Positions 48,628 to 57,701 of a stretch of DNA of 64,000 nt are shown here, in pieces. How positions within the stretch are numbered: the first letter of the stretch is position 1; each line of letters opens with the position of its first letter. The position numbers and the translations under genes were made by a program. Location: NCBI GenBank assembly GCA_051251915.1, contig JBPOGF010000017.1, positions 1 to 64,000 of the forward strand. The letters run 5' to 3'. Below the pieces are notes generated by a model. It was not told the DNA's origin and did no database searches. It saw only the letters and a list, made by a program, of their open reading frames with translations. This DNA is from Akkermansiaceae bacterium (GTDB lineage: Bacteria; Verrucomicrobiota; Verrucomicrobiia; Verrucomicrobiales; Akkermansiaceae).

Positions 48628-50034
48628 TTATTTGGAGTGTTTGGCGAAGCCTCCACCGAGTGACTGGATGAGCTGGATGGTGGCTGCAAATTGGCTTCCA
48701 CGAGTGCGGACGGCGGCTCGCTGGGCGGTGAGTCTTTCTCGCTGTGCGTCTGCTACGTCGAGGTAACTAGTGACGCCTTCTTGGTAGCGGAGTTTAGATA
48801 GGTCGTAGGTGCGGGTGGCGGCTGTTTCTGAGGCGTTACGCGCTGCGGATTCTTCTTTTAGTGCTTTGAGGTTAGATAATGCGCTTTCTACATCTGCGAT
48901 GGCTACTAGAGCTGTTTTTTGGTAATTTTTGAGTGCTTCTTCGCGCTGAGCTTGTGTGAGTAGGATGTTAGACTTGATGCGTTTGCCTTGGAAGAGTGGG
49001 ACGGATGCTGATGGTCCGACGGTGAAGAAGGCGCTCGACCATGATAGGAAGTTAGAGGTTGAGACGCTGCTGCTGCCTCCGCTGCCTGTGAGTGAGAATT
49101 TAGGGAAGCGTTCTTTTTCAGCGACACCGATTAGAGCTGTGGCTACTGCTACTTTTCGCTCGGCGACGGCTAGGTCTGGTCTGCGGTAAAGGAGTGCGGC
49201 GGGAATGCCTGCAGGGATGCTAGGGAGATTACCTTTGTAGTCATGTGGGCTGATTTTAAAGGTGGAGGCTTGTCTGCCGAGGAGCACTGCGATGGAGTTT
49301 TCTAGTTGTGATCTGGCTCCTTTGAGTGAGAGGAGTTCAGCGCGTGCGTTTGCAAGTTCTGAGGTTGCTCTTGCGGAATCTAGTTCGGAGCTGAGTCCTT
49401 CTTCGAGGCGCTCTGTGGTGATGTCTACGTTCTCTTTACGAGTTTCTACTGCGCCGCGTAAGGTTGCCATTTCTGCATCTAGGAAGCGTAGGGCGAAGTA
49501 TTGTCTGGCGAGTTGGGTTTGGAGTGTTACACGGACATCTGCTACTGCGTAGTCAGCGGCTTCAAGGTCTGCTTTACCAGCGTTGACGAGGTCGCGAACG
49601 CGGCCCCAGAGGTCGAGTTCGTAGGAGAGGTTGGCGCCGACGTCGTATTGCTGATAATATTCATCTAGTTGGCTTCCGCTGAGGCCTTCGTGTGATGATT
49701 TATGTTGTTGTATGCCTGCTGTGGCACTGCCTTGAGGGAAGAGTTCTGCGCTTGTGATGCCGAGGCGAGCAAGTGCTTGCTGACGGCGAGAGTAGGCAGC
49801 GGCGAGGTCGAGATTTTGTGAGAGGAGCTCAGACTGGAGAGAGTTTAGCTTTGAGTCCTGGAAAGTTTTCCACCATTGGGATGATATGCCGAGTTGTGAG
49901 CTGGTGGCAGTTTTGTAGTTGGCGGCGGGTTGAAATTTAGGCTGAGTATAATCTGAGCCAGAATTATTGAATGATGTGCAGCTAACGATCAGTAGGGTGG
50001 CTGGTGCTAGAATGAGTTTGAGTGAGTGTTTCAT
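48628..50034 (-). CDS. Efflux outer-membrane factor lipoprotein (NodT/OprM-like)
   Basis: Lipobox IVSC, WW..FQD..L, SYELDLWGR, RRPDL..AER, LGGG. Confidence 0.95.
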   Translation of the reverse strand: MKHSLKLILAPATLLIVSCTSFNNSGSDYTQPKFQPAANYKTATSSQLGISSQWWKTFQDSKLNSLQSELLSQNLDLAAAYSRRQQALARLGITSAELFPQGSATAGIQQHKSSHEGLSGSQLDEYYQQYDVGANLSYELDLWGRVRDLVNAGKADLEAADYAVADVRVTLQTQLARQYFALRFLDAEMATLRGAVETRKENVDITTERLEEGLSSELDSARATSELANARAELLSLKGARSQLENSIAVLLGRQASTFKISPHDYKGNLPSIPAGIPAALLYRRPDLAVAERKVAVATALIGVAEKERFPKFSLTGSGGSSSVSTSNFLSWSSAFFTVGPSASVPLFQGKRIKSNILLTQAQREEALKNYQKTALVAIADVESALSNLKALKEESAARNASETAATRTYDLSKLRYQEGVTSYLDVADAQRERLTAQRAAVRTRGSQFAATIQLIQSLGGGFAKHSK

Positions 50035-50053
50035 GGTGAGTTAAATCTTGATT

Positions 50054-50083
50054 TGGACTGGCTGGTCTAGACTAGATGGTCTA
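50054..50083. promoter_or_regulatory. two overlapping TetR (NemR-type) operator-like sites upstream of the efflux genes
   Basis: TGGACT-GGCT-GGTCTA (50054-50069) and TAGACT-AGAT-GGTCTA (50068-50083). Confidence 0.7.
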
Positions 50084-50130
50084 AGGTTTGATGAAAGGTT
50101 AGATACTGGTGCGATGCTCGAGGTGAGTTT

Positions 50131-50733
50131 TTATTCTGAAGAGTTTTGAATAATGATGGCGGTGCTTATATAATCTACTGCTTCTCTTAAGATATCTGCT
50201 CGCTTCCTGATGAGGGCTTTCTTAATGGCTCCGAGCCATAATGAGGTGATGATGCTGGTGGTGAACTGAGCATCCCATTGTTTTGAGATGTAACCTTGGT
50301 CTTGGCCTTCCTGGATTACTTCTTGGTAAATGTTTGTGATTGTTTGATCAGCAAGTGAAATTTCTTCTCGCATGGATGGGCTTGAAAAGCTGGTTTCAGA
50401 GGCTAATTTGATGAGTAGGCATGGGATGCAGCCGTTGCTACTGATGAAGATGGCTATTTTAGATTCGTATAAGGCGAGCAGTCTAAGGTGGGCCTTTGGC
50501 TCCATTTCTCTATTGAGAAGTAATTGGGTTAGATTTTTTCTGGCGTCTTCTGCGTAGTGTTTGATGAGTTCGACTCCGAAGTTTTCTTTTGAATCAAAGT
50601 GATGGTAGAAAGTGCCTTTTGGGACTTTAACTGCGTTGAGAATTTCATTGAGGCTAACCGACTGGAAGCTCTTTTCTAGTAAGAGTTCTTCCGCTTCCTC
50701 GAGGATGCGCTGTTTTGTTAAATGGTCGCTCAT
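50131..50733 (-). CDS. TetR/AcrR family regulator (NemR-like)
   Basis: HTH LNEILNAVKVPKGTFYHHFDSKENFG; CLLIKLASE. Confidence 0.92.
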   Translation of the reverse strand: MSDHLTKQRILEEAEELLLEKSFQSVSLNEILNAVKVPKGTFYHHFDSKENFGVELIKHYAEDARKNLTQLLLNREMEPKAHLRLLALYESKIAIFISSNGCIPCLLIKLASETSFSSPSMREEISLADQTITNIYQEVIQEGQDQGYISKQWDAQFTTSIITSLWLGAIKKALIRKRADILREAVDYISTAIIIQNSSE

Positions 50734-50742
50734 GCAGTTTAT

Positions 50743-50760
50743 CTAGACCATTCGGTCTAG
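50743..50760. promoter_or_regulatory. perfect palindromic operator in the TetR gene promoter
   Basis: CTAGACC-ATTC-GGTCTAG, 9 nt upstream of the ATG, inside TTGCGA-17 nt-TAGATA. Confidence 0.8.
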
Positions 50761-50786
50761 TATCGCAAGAGGATTTTAATTTTTTA

Positions 50787-50810
50787 TCGTTTAGTCGTTT
50801 AGTCGTTTAA
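50787..50810. repeat. short tandem repeat (TCGTTTAG)x3
   Basis: TCGTTTAG TCGTTTAG TCGTTTAA. Confidence 0.8.
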
Positions 50811-50942
50811 AAGTGTGAGATGATTGGGGTGACTAAGTGTTGAAATTATCTATTGTGATCACTCGGTTGTGGGTAGTTCTGAAGATTGGTGATATTTTAT
50901 AGGAATAATTTTTGAGCGCTGACGCTCTTAAAGGAGATGAAT

Positions 50943-51395
50943 ATGATAAAAATAATAAAGAAAGTATTGTTGGTCGCCATGATGGTGAGTGGAGTTTCAG
51001 TGGCTTCAGCAAAAGGTCCATGGCTTACGAGCATTGAAGAAGGTGTGAAGAAGGCTAAGACTGAAGGCAAGCTTGTGATGGTAGAGTTCACGGGGTCCGA
51101 CTGGTGCCCACCATGTATGATGATGGATAAGGCTGTGTTTTCTAAGGAGGAATTCTTAGAAGGTGCACAGAAGAGCTATGTGCTTGTTAAGCTGGATGCT
51201 CCGAATAAAGATCCGGAGTTGAAGAAAGCTACACAGAAGCTTATGAGGGAATATAAGGTGATGGGTGTGCCAACGATCGTGTTGTTTGATGCGGAGGGGA
51301 AGGAATTTAAACGCTTCACAGCCACTGAAAACCGTACGGTGGATGAGTTTATCAAGCGCCTCGAGACTGAGAAGCGCCGTAGGGAAATGCACTAA
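50943..51395 (+). CDS. Secreted thioredoxin-family protein
   Basis: SD AAGGAG 6 nt before the ATG; signal peptide; FTGSDWCPPC; GVPT. Confidence 0.9.
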   Translation: MIKIIKKVLLVAMMVSGVSVASAKGPWLTSIEEGVKKAKTEGKLVMVEFTGSDWCPPCMMMDKAVFSKEEFLEGAQKSYVLVKLDAPNKDPELKKATQKLMREYKVMGVPTIVLFDAEGKEFKRFTATENRTVDEFIKRLETEKRRREMH

Positions 51396-51414
51396 GTTGT
51401 GCATTAATCGAGGG

Positions 51415-51693
51415 TTAGTTGTCAGATTCCGGTTCTTTGCCGAGTATCTTGTCAATGCCCTCGATGAGTTTCCATGGGCAGCGCTTGCGTTGATATTTTC
51501 TGAAGAGAACATCTCGCAGTGCTTCCCAGTGCTCTTCGGTAACGTTTTCGATAGGTTCCCAGACCGCAGGGTTACTTCTGGTGCCTTTTAGAGAGGTGGT
51601 GAATTTCCATTTTTTGGAGTGGTAAATGCCTCGGTAAAAACGAAGACCTTCCTCGGTGTCTTCTTTCCATTCGTGTCGTTGCTGAATCTGCAT
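51415..51693 (-). CDS. hypothetical protein
   Basis: 92-aa ORF with its own promoter-like element (TTGATT-17 nt-GACCAT-6 nt-ATG). Confidence 0.7.
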   Translation of the reverse strand: MQIQQRHEWKEDTEEGLRFYRGIYHSKKWKFTTSLKGTRSNPAVWEPIENVTEEHWEALRDVLFRKYQRKRCPWKLIEGIDKILGKEPESDN

Positions 51694-51761
51694 GTTGCTA
51701 TGGTCGTGTAGTGGGGCGATGAAATCAACTGAAAAATCTATCGTCTCGACTCAATTGAGGC

Positions 51762-52727
51762 ATGGTGTTAGGGTTTGTGGCAGTGAAAGCATTCTTTAAA
51801 AACGAACTGACTCGGTTATTTCTCTTCGTGGTTCTCTGCCTGATTCTGGCGGCGATTCTTACTCCTTATATTTACACTTGGGGGAAGGCCTTTGGGGCTG
51901 GAGATAGTGCGGAGTGGCTGGGATCTGTGAAGAAGAGCATGGCGAAGGCTGATCTGGCTCGCTATTTTAATAGGGCGATGATGGGGGTGGCTATTATTTT
52001 GCTGTATCCGTTTATTAGGACGTTGAAAAGTGACAGGAAGGAGATCAAACCGCCTATGTCGGTGCGGATAAATCCACGTAAGCAGGGGTGGAAGGATATG
52101 ATGGTAGGTTTTTTCTATGCGATGGGTTATATGGGAATTTTCTTCATGGTGGTGCATCAGCTGGGCTGGGTGACTGTGGATACTAGTGCTTCTCCGAGTA
52201 GGGCGTTGATGAAGGCGATTACGCCTGCGATTGGGGCGTCTTTGATTGAGGAGTGGTTGTTCCGAGGGGTTTTGTTTGCATTGTTGTTGCGTAGTTTGAG
52301 CGTGCGAGGGACGATTATTGGGTTATCATTTTTCTTTGCGTTGGTGCATTTTCTTAAACCTTACCACGGGAGTCCGGAGATTTTAGACGGTGGTTCCGCT
52401 GATGCTGGGTTCCGATTGTTGGCACAGATCGGGGAGAGGTTTATTCACCCTGAGGATTTTATTGGGATCTTTTTGACTTTGTTTGTGGTGGGCGTGGTGC
52501 TGGCTATTGCTCGTTACAAGACGGGGTATTTATGGATGTCTATTGGTCTTCATGCTGGGTGGGTCTTTACTTTGAAAGTGTATCAGGCGCTGATAGATAA
52601 TACGGGGACAGCTAATCCTGTCTTGTATGGTAGTGATATCCGTGAGGGGTTGTTTCCGTTGGTTTTTGTGAGTTTGACTGGGGTTGCGGTGTGGTTTTAT
52701 TTAAAGCCTAAGAGGTCGCTACTATAG
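51762..52727 (+). CDS. CPBP family intramembrane metalloprotease (CAAX/Abi)
   Basis: EEWLFRG, FALVH, IGLHAGW; multiple TMs; start codon uncertain. Confidence 0.88.
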   Translation: MVLGFVAVKAFFKNELTRLFLFVVLCLILAAILTPYIYTWGKAFGAGDSAEWLGSVKKSMAKADLARYFNRAMMGVAIILLYPFIRTLKSDRKEIKPPMSVRINPRKQGWKDMMVGFFYAMGYMGIFFMVVHQLGWVTVDTSASPSRALMKAITPAIGASLIEEWLFRGVLFALLLRSLSVRGTIIGLSFFFALVHFLKPYHGSPEILDGGSADAGFRLLAQIGERFIHPEDFIGIFLTLFVVGVVLAIARYKTGYLWMSIGLHAGWVFTLKVYQALIDNTGTANPVLYGSDIREGLFPLVFVSLTGVAVWFYLKPKRSLL

Positions 52728-52729
52728 CT

Positions 52730-53458
52730 ATGGTAGTGGTAAAGCAGTTTTTCTCAGGGATGCTGGACTTGGTTTATCCGAGTAGTTGTTACCATTGCGA
52801 GAAGTTGTTAGAGGGGAAGCATGTGATTTGCGATGTGTGCTTCGAGAAGTCAAAGCGCATCACTGAGGGGTTTTGCGATGTTTGTGGTGAAGATTTTGAT
52901 GGGGAGTTCACGGAAAACCCTATTTGTCCGAACTGCCATACTTTGAAATTTTCTTTTCAGTATGCGAAATCTGCGCTGAAGAATACGGCTCAGAACCGGC
53001 AATTGGTAATCTCGTATAAATATGGGAAGCGGCATTACCTTTCACGGTTATTGGCCAAATTCTGTTCTGAGGTGTTGCGGGATGATCCTCGGTTTGCAGC
53101 GTTGCCTGAGCCTGTATTGGTGCCTGTTCCGCTTCATTGGCGGCGGAAATTTAGTCGTGGGTTTAATCAGGCGGAATTGATCTGCAAGGAGCTTACGAAA
53201 CAGACTGGGATTCCTACGATGGAGCTGCTGAGGCGCAAGCGATATACGACGACTCAGACTAGGTTGTCTCGTGGTGAAAGGCTGAAGAACTTGAATGGTG
53301 CGTTTTCTGTTTGTGGAGATTTAGGGGAGAATAAATCGATAATTATCATTGATGATGTTTTTACTACTGGCTCAACATCAGAGGAATGCGCGAAATTACT
53401 CAGGAAAGAATTTCCAAAAGTAGAAAACATTGTTGTCGTAACGGTGTTACGTGGATAG
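52730..53458 (+). CDS. ComF family protein (double zinc ribbon + PRTase)
   Basis: Four CxxC pairs, PVPLH..R...RGFNQA, IIDDVFTTGST. Confidence 0.92.
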   Translation: MVVVKQFFSGMLDLVYPSSCYHCEKLLEGKHVICDVCFEKSKRITEGFCDVCGEDFDGEFTENPICPNCHTLKFSFQYAKSALKNTAQNRQLVISYKYGKRHYLSRLLAKFCSEVLRDDPRFAALPEPVLVPVPLHWRRKFSRGFNQAELICKELTKQTGIPTMELLRRKRYTTTQTRLSRGERLKNLNGAFSVCGDLGENKSIIIIDDVFTTGSTSEECAKLLRKEFPKVENIVVVTVLRG

Positions 53459-53488
53459 AGTATTTGAAATCTTACCACTAATAACGCT

Positions 53489-54313
53489 ATGGGAATCTTT
53501 GAAAGACCTCGTCTACGTCAGAATAAAAAGAAGGACATGCCGAACGATCTATGGACTAATTGTCCTGGATGCGACAAGATGTTGCACGTTCTAGATCTTA
53601 AGCAGAACCATCAGGTCTGCCAACATTGTAGCCATCATTTTCTGTTGGGCTCACGTGAAAGAATCGAGATGCTAGCTGATCCTGGATCATTCAGTGAGAC
53701 TGATGCGACACTCTATTCTAAGAATCCGCTTGGCTTTGATAAGTATGAAGAGAAGATAGATATGTTGCGTCAGAAGACGGGGCTGAACGATGCGGTAGTG
53801 ACTGGTAAGATAAGTATTCACGGTAGTCCGACGATGATTGCGGTGATGGACTTTAAGTTTTTTGCGGGATCTATGGGCTCGGTTGTGGGTGAAAAAATCA
53901 CACGTGCTATTGAGAAGGCTATTGCGGATAAATGCGGAATGATCATTGTTTCAGCATCATCTGGAGCGCGTATGCAAGAGGGGATGCTTTCTCTCATGCA
54001 GATGGCAAAGACTTGTGGAGCTCTGGCTAAACTATCTGAAGCTGGGCTTCCTTATATTTCTGTGCTGACTCACCCGACTACTGGTGGTGTGACGGCTTCA
54101 TTTGCTACGATTGGTGACATCAATTTAGCTGAGCCTAAGTGTATGATCGGCTTTGCTGGACCTCGTGTGGTGAAGGAAACTACTCACCAAGATCTACCTC
54201 CTGGGTTCCAGACTGCGGAATTTATGCTGGCTCACGGCTTAGTGGATTCCATTGTTGAGCGCCGTGAATTGCGTGCGAGGCTCGGTAGTTTACTGAGCTA
54301 CATGTTAAAATAA
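53489..54313 (+). CDS. accD: Acetyl-CoA carboxylase carboxyltransferase beta subunit
   Basis: LWTNCPGC...VCQHC, GSMGSVVGEKI, SGARMQEG, TTGGVTASF, IGFAGPRV. Confidence 0.98.
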   Translation: MGIFERPRLRQNKKKDMPNDLWTNCPGCDKMLHVLDLKQNHQVCQHCSHHFLLGSRERIEMLADPGSFSETDATLYSKNPLGFDKYEEKIDMLRQKTGLNDAVVTGKISIHGSPTMIAVMDFKFFAGSMGSVVGEKITRAIEKAIADKCGMIIVSASSGARMQEGMLSLMQMAKTCGALAKLSEAGLPYISVLTHPTTGGVTASFATIGDINLAEPKCMIGFAGPRVVKETTHQDLPPGFQTAEFMLAHGLVDSIVERRELRARLGSLLSYMLK

Positions 54314-54325
54314 TTTCGACCTAAG

Positions 54326-55543
54326 ATGACCTATTCTGAGGCGATTGAGTGGATCTACTCTACTCAGAATTTTGGCATTAAGCTTGGGCTAGATGCACCT
54401 GCTGAGTTACTGGCTCAGTTCTTGGCCTTTCCCACCCGGACTACGAAGGTGATTCATGTGGCGGGGACGAATGGTAAGGGTTCAACTTGTGCGTTGATTG
54501 ATTCATTGGCGCGTTCTCATGGGATGCGGACGGGTTTATTTACGTCTCCGCATTTGGTGGATTTCAGGGAGAGGTTCCAAGTGCAAGGTGAGATGATAAG
54601 TGAGGAAGAGACGGCGAGTTATCTCACGCAGATCCGGAATTTAGTTAGTGACTGGGAGCATCATCCTACATTTTTTGAGATCGCGCTGGCGTTGGGGATG
54701 AAATTTTTTAGGGACAAGGAGTGTGAGCTTATTGTGCTGGAAACCGGAATGGGAGGCAGGCTGGATGCTACTACTGCGGTGCCGGCGGATCTCTATGTGC
54801 TGACTCCTATTGCGATGGATCATGCGCAATGGCTGGGTAATACTATTGCTGAGGTGGCTGGTGAGAAGGCTGGTATTATTGTTTCTGATATGCCGGTGGT
54901 GTCTTCAAAGCAGGACAAGGTTGCTTCACGCGTGATCGCGGAGAAAGCGAATAGGATGAGGTCTCCGCTTACTGTTGTGACTGAGCCTGTGGAAGTATAT
55001 GGTGTGGGGCTAGCTGGTGCTCATCAGCGAGAAAATGCAGCTCTTGCGTTGGAAGCGCTTCATCAGCTAGGGGTGGAGATGCGATATGATTCGGTGAAAG
55101 ATGGTTTAGCAAATGTGGAGTGGCCGGGGCGATTCGAGGTGACATCCGAGGCTCCGCTTACGGTCATAGATGGTGCGCATAACCCTCAAGCTGCTGAAAT
55201 TCTAGTGCGTACTTGGCGAGGGCAGTATGGTGAAGTTAAGCCAATTGTTATCTTTGGCGCGATAGAAAGTAAGGATTTGGACGGTGTGTTGGATTATGTA
55301 TCAGGGCTTGCTGAGAAAATTATTTTCACTCCGGTTGACTCTCCGAGAACGGTTGATTTTGGTGATATAGCAAAGGTTGAGGCGTTGGAGAATAAAGAGT
55401 TGTTACGAGCTTCTGATGTTAAGGATGCGTTAAATATTGCCAGTAAAGAGAATTTACCTATACTGATTACAGGGTCATTGTATTTACTCGGAGAGTATAA
55501 ATCATTGATTAGGTGTGAGAAGCGCCGCCCTACTTCTCAATAA
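54326..55543 (+). CDS. folC: Folylpolyglutamate synthase / dihydrofolate synthase
   Basis: HVAGTNGKGS, FTSPHL, ETGMGGRLDAT, WPGRFE, DGAHNP, TGSLYL. Confidence 0.96.
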   Translation: MTYSEAIEWIYSTQNFGIKLGLDAPAELLAQFLAFPTRTTKVIHVAGTNGKGSTCALIDSLARSHGMRTGLFTSPHLVDFRERFQVQGEMISEEETASYLTQIRNLVSDWEHHPTFFEIALALGMKFFRDKECELIVLETGMGGRLDATTAVPADLYVLTPIAMDHAQWLGNTIAEVAGEKAGIIVSDMPVVSSKQDKVASRVIAEKANRMRSPLTVVTEPVEVYGVGLAGAHQRENAALALEALHQLGVEMRYDSVKDGLANVEWPGRFEVTSEAPLTVIDGAHNPQAAEILVRTWRGQYGEVKPIVIFGAIESKDLDGVLDYVSGLAEKIIFTPVDSPRTVDFGDIAKVEALENKELLRASDVKDALNIASKENLPILITGSLYLLGEYKSLIRCEKRRPTSQ

Positions 55544-55560
55544 ACCAACCATCCCGCCGC

Positions 55561-56034
55561 ATGCCAATAAAGCACAGAATCAGAAATTCAGCCGCTCCTT
55601 TAGAGAAACAACGAGGTCTCGTCAAAGGGAAGGCTCCTCACCGTGAGCATAATGCGCACAAAGTTCTGAGGAAGTGGCCTTACTATCGAGGGGCTCTGAT
55701 ATGGATGGTGACAGTGGCTTTATTGTTTTTGTCGCTGGTTACATTTGGATTTGGTGTGTTGGAAAAAGACAGGAATGCTATTTTTGCTGGAATCGCTTTG
55801 TTTGGAGCATGGCTATTCATGAAGTTGATGTATTTCTTCGCGAGTAAGACGACTACCTGCCCATTGTGTAGAGCTAATCATTTTGCGAATAGTAAATCGA
55901 GTAAACATAAGAAAGCATTTAAGGTTTTTCCGTTATCATATGCGTCGACATCGGTGATGACAGCTGTCTTGCAACGGTGTGTGCGCTGCATGCACTGTGG
56001 GGTGACTTTTGATCTCACGAAGAAACATCGATAG
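55561..56034 (+). CDS. hypothetical membrane protein with zinc ribbon
   Basis: Two TM helices; CPLC and CMHC pairs. Confidence 0.7.
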   Translation: MPIKHRIRNSAAPLEKQRGLVKGKAPHREHNAHKVLRKWPYYRGALIWMVTVALLFLSLVTFGFGVLEKDRNAIFAGIALFGAWLFMKLMYFFASKTTTCPLCRANHFANSKSSKHKKAFKVFPLSYASTSVMTAVLQRCVRCMHCGVTFDLTKKHR

Positions 56035-56108
56035 AACTGAACTGATTTGTATTGTGATCTATGATGATTGCCAATCTGTTATCTCTTATTGAATAGGAAT
56101 TTTTTGGA

Positions 56109-56143
56109 TTGCTCATTAATTGATCATCGGATAAGTCATCCGC
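56109..56143 (+). promoter_or_regulatory. sigma70-like promoter, probably leaderless, for trhO-lspA
   Basis: TTGCTC-17 nt-TAAGTC-6 nt-ATG(56144). Confidence 0.5.
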
Positions 56144-57034
56144 ATGACAGAAGCACCGTATCAAGTATTGCTCTACTATTTCTATGTGGAAATAGCGGAT
56201 CCTGATGCATATAGAGATGAGCAAAGAGAGCTCTGCGAGTCATTAGAATTACTCGGCAGAATTATTGTTGGCAAGGAAGGGATCAATGGCACCGTTTCAG
56301 GTACAGTAGAGAACTGCCAGAAATATATGGAGGCGCTTAGAGCAAATCCGCTTACGGCTGAAGTAGAATTTAAAATTGATCCTGAGCAGGGTCATGTGTT
56401 TCCGAAGCTCTCTGTGAAATCACGTGAGGAGATAGTCACACTGGGGCTAGGCGAAGAGGACTTTTCTCCTAATGAAACGACAGGGAATTACCTTAGTCCT
56501 GTGCAGTGGAGGGATGCGATGAATGATCCAAATGCTGTGATCATTGATACTAGAAATGATTACGAGTGGAAGTTAGGGAAATTTAAAAATGCGATTCTTC
56601 CGCCGGTAGAAAGTTTTCGTGATTTACCGCAATGGATCAAAGACAACCGTGAAATGTTCGAGGGTAAGAAGATCCTTGCGTATTGCACTGGTGGGATTCG
56701 CTGTGAGAAATTTAGTGGTTATCTAGTGCGCGAAGGTTTTGAGGATGTGAATCAGCTGCATGGTGGGATAGTTACTTACGGGAAAGATCCTGAGGTTCAG
56801 GGAGAGGACTATGAGGGGCAGTGTTATGTGTTCGATGAGCGTATAGGGGTGCCTGTGAATAGTAAGAATCCTAGTGTGATTTCGCAATGTGTGCATTGCG
56901 GAGAGCCGTGCGAGCGTTATATTAACTGCTCAAACAAACATGGCTGCAACGAACAGCACTTCAGTTGTGAAAGCTGTGACGAGAAGAGCCAAGGCTGCTG
57001 TTCTGAGAAGTGCCAAACTATCATCAACTCATAA
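56144..57034 (+). CDS. trhO: Rhodanese-domain tRNA uridine(34) hydroxylase (UPF0176/YceA)
   Basis: GRI...EGINGTVSG, IDTRNDYE..LG.F, YCTGGIRCEK, QLHGGI..Y, CYVFDER. Confidence 0.9.
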   Translation: MTEAPYQVLLYYFYVEIADPDAYRDEQRELCESLELLGRIIVGKEGINGTVSGTVENCQKYMEALRANPLTAEVEFKIDPEQGHVFPKLSVKSREEIVTLGLGEEDFSPNETTGNYLSPVQWRDAMNDPNAVIIDTRNDYEWKLGKFKNAILPPVESFRDLPQWIKDNREMFEGKKILAYCTGGIRCEKFSGYLVREGFEDVNQLHGGIVTYGKDPEVQGEDYEGQCYVFDERIGVPVNSKNPSVISQCVHCGEPCERYINCSNKHGCNEQHFSCESCDEKSQGCCSEKCQTIINS

Positions 57035-57053
57035 CATTTTACTCAATTACTTA

Positions 57054-57656
57054 ATGAATCCATCAAAACTACTACCCCTGTTCCTCAAGATTTCACTACC
57101 TCTTATTATACTGGATCAGATTTCTAAATGGTGGATTGTCTTAAAGTTCAGGCAACCAGCGATCATGGTTAATGGTGAGGTCTTTGTGGATACCCAGGGT
57201 ACTCAGAAGATTTCGGTGGTGGAGGATTTCTTTAACATCATACGTGTGCATAACCAGGGGGTGGCTTTTGGGTTTGGTAATGGCTCTGCATGGGCTCCAG
57301 TGGTGTTTCTCATCGTGCCGTTTGTGGCACTTATATTGGTGACTGTTCTGTGGAAGAAAAATATTTTCGAAGGTGTAGCTAAGTGGTCTGCGCCATTACT
57401 TCTTGCTGGGATTATAGGAAATCTTATTGATCGACTTTTCCAGGGGTTTTGGCTCAGAGGTCCTGAGGAACTGTCATTTATGGAGCGTTTAGGTCATGGT
57501 TACGTGGTTGACTTTCTAGACATCCAGGTTCCGTTTACTAATGGTTATCATTGGCCATCATTTAATGTGGCGGATTCATGTATCTGCATTGCCGCTACGC
57601 TGCTTTTCCTCTCGGCTTTCCAGCCTGAGAAGAAGCCAGAGTTGTCTGAAAAATAG
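57054..57656 (+). CDS. lspA: Lipoprotein signal peptidase (SPase II)
   Basis: LDQISK, NQGVAFG, GNLIDR, VVDFL, WPSFNVAD; ATG 57054 avoids overlap with trhO. Confidence 0.95.
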   Translation: MNPSKLLPLFLKISLPLIILDQISKWWIVLKFRQPAIMVNGEVFVDTQGTQKISVVEDFFNIIRVHNQGVAFGFGNGSAWAPVVFLIVPFVALILVTVLWKKNIFEGVAKWSAPLLLAGIIGNLIDRLFQGFWLRGPEELSFMERLGHGYVVDFLDIQVPFTNGYHWPSFNVADSCICIAATLLFLSAFQPEKKPELSEK

Positions 57657-57701
57657 CCTTTGCAGGCTAAGGAATCAGTGAGATAGTCCGTTTATCTCAT
57701 T

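Noticed and set aside
50787..50810. (TCGTTTAG)x3 as a CRISPR remnant or phase-variation tract
   Set aside because: Only three 8-mers, no spacers, no cas genes, and it lies outside the predicted promoter cores.
51762..52727. CPBP/Abi protease as an abortive-infection or bacteriocin-immunity gene
   Set aside because: Its context is housekeeping (comF-accD-folC), and there is no bacteriocin or defence gene nearby.
56889..57053. 55-aa N-terminal extension of LspA in the ORF track
   Set aside because: It overlaps the Cys-rich end of trhO; ATG 57054 gives a normal LspA.
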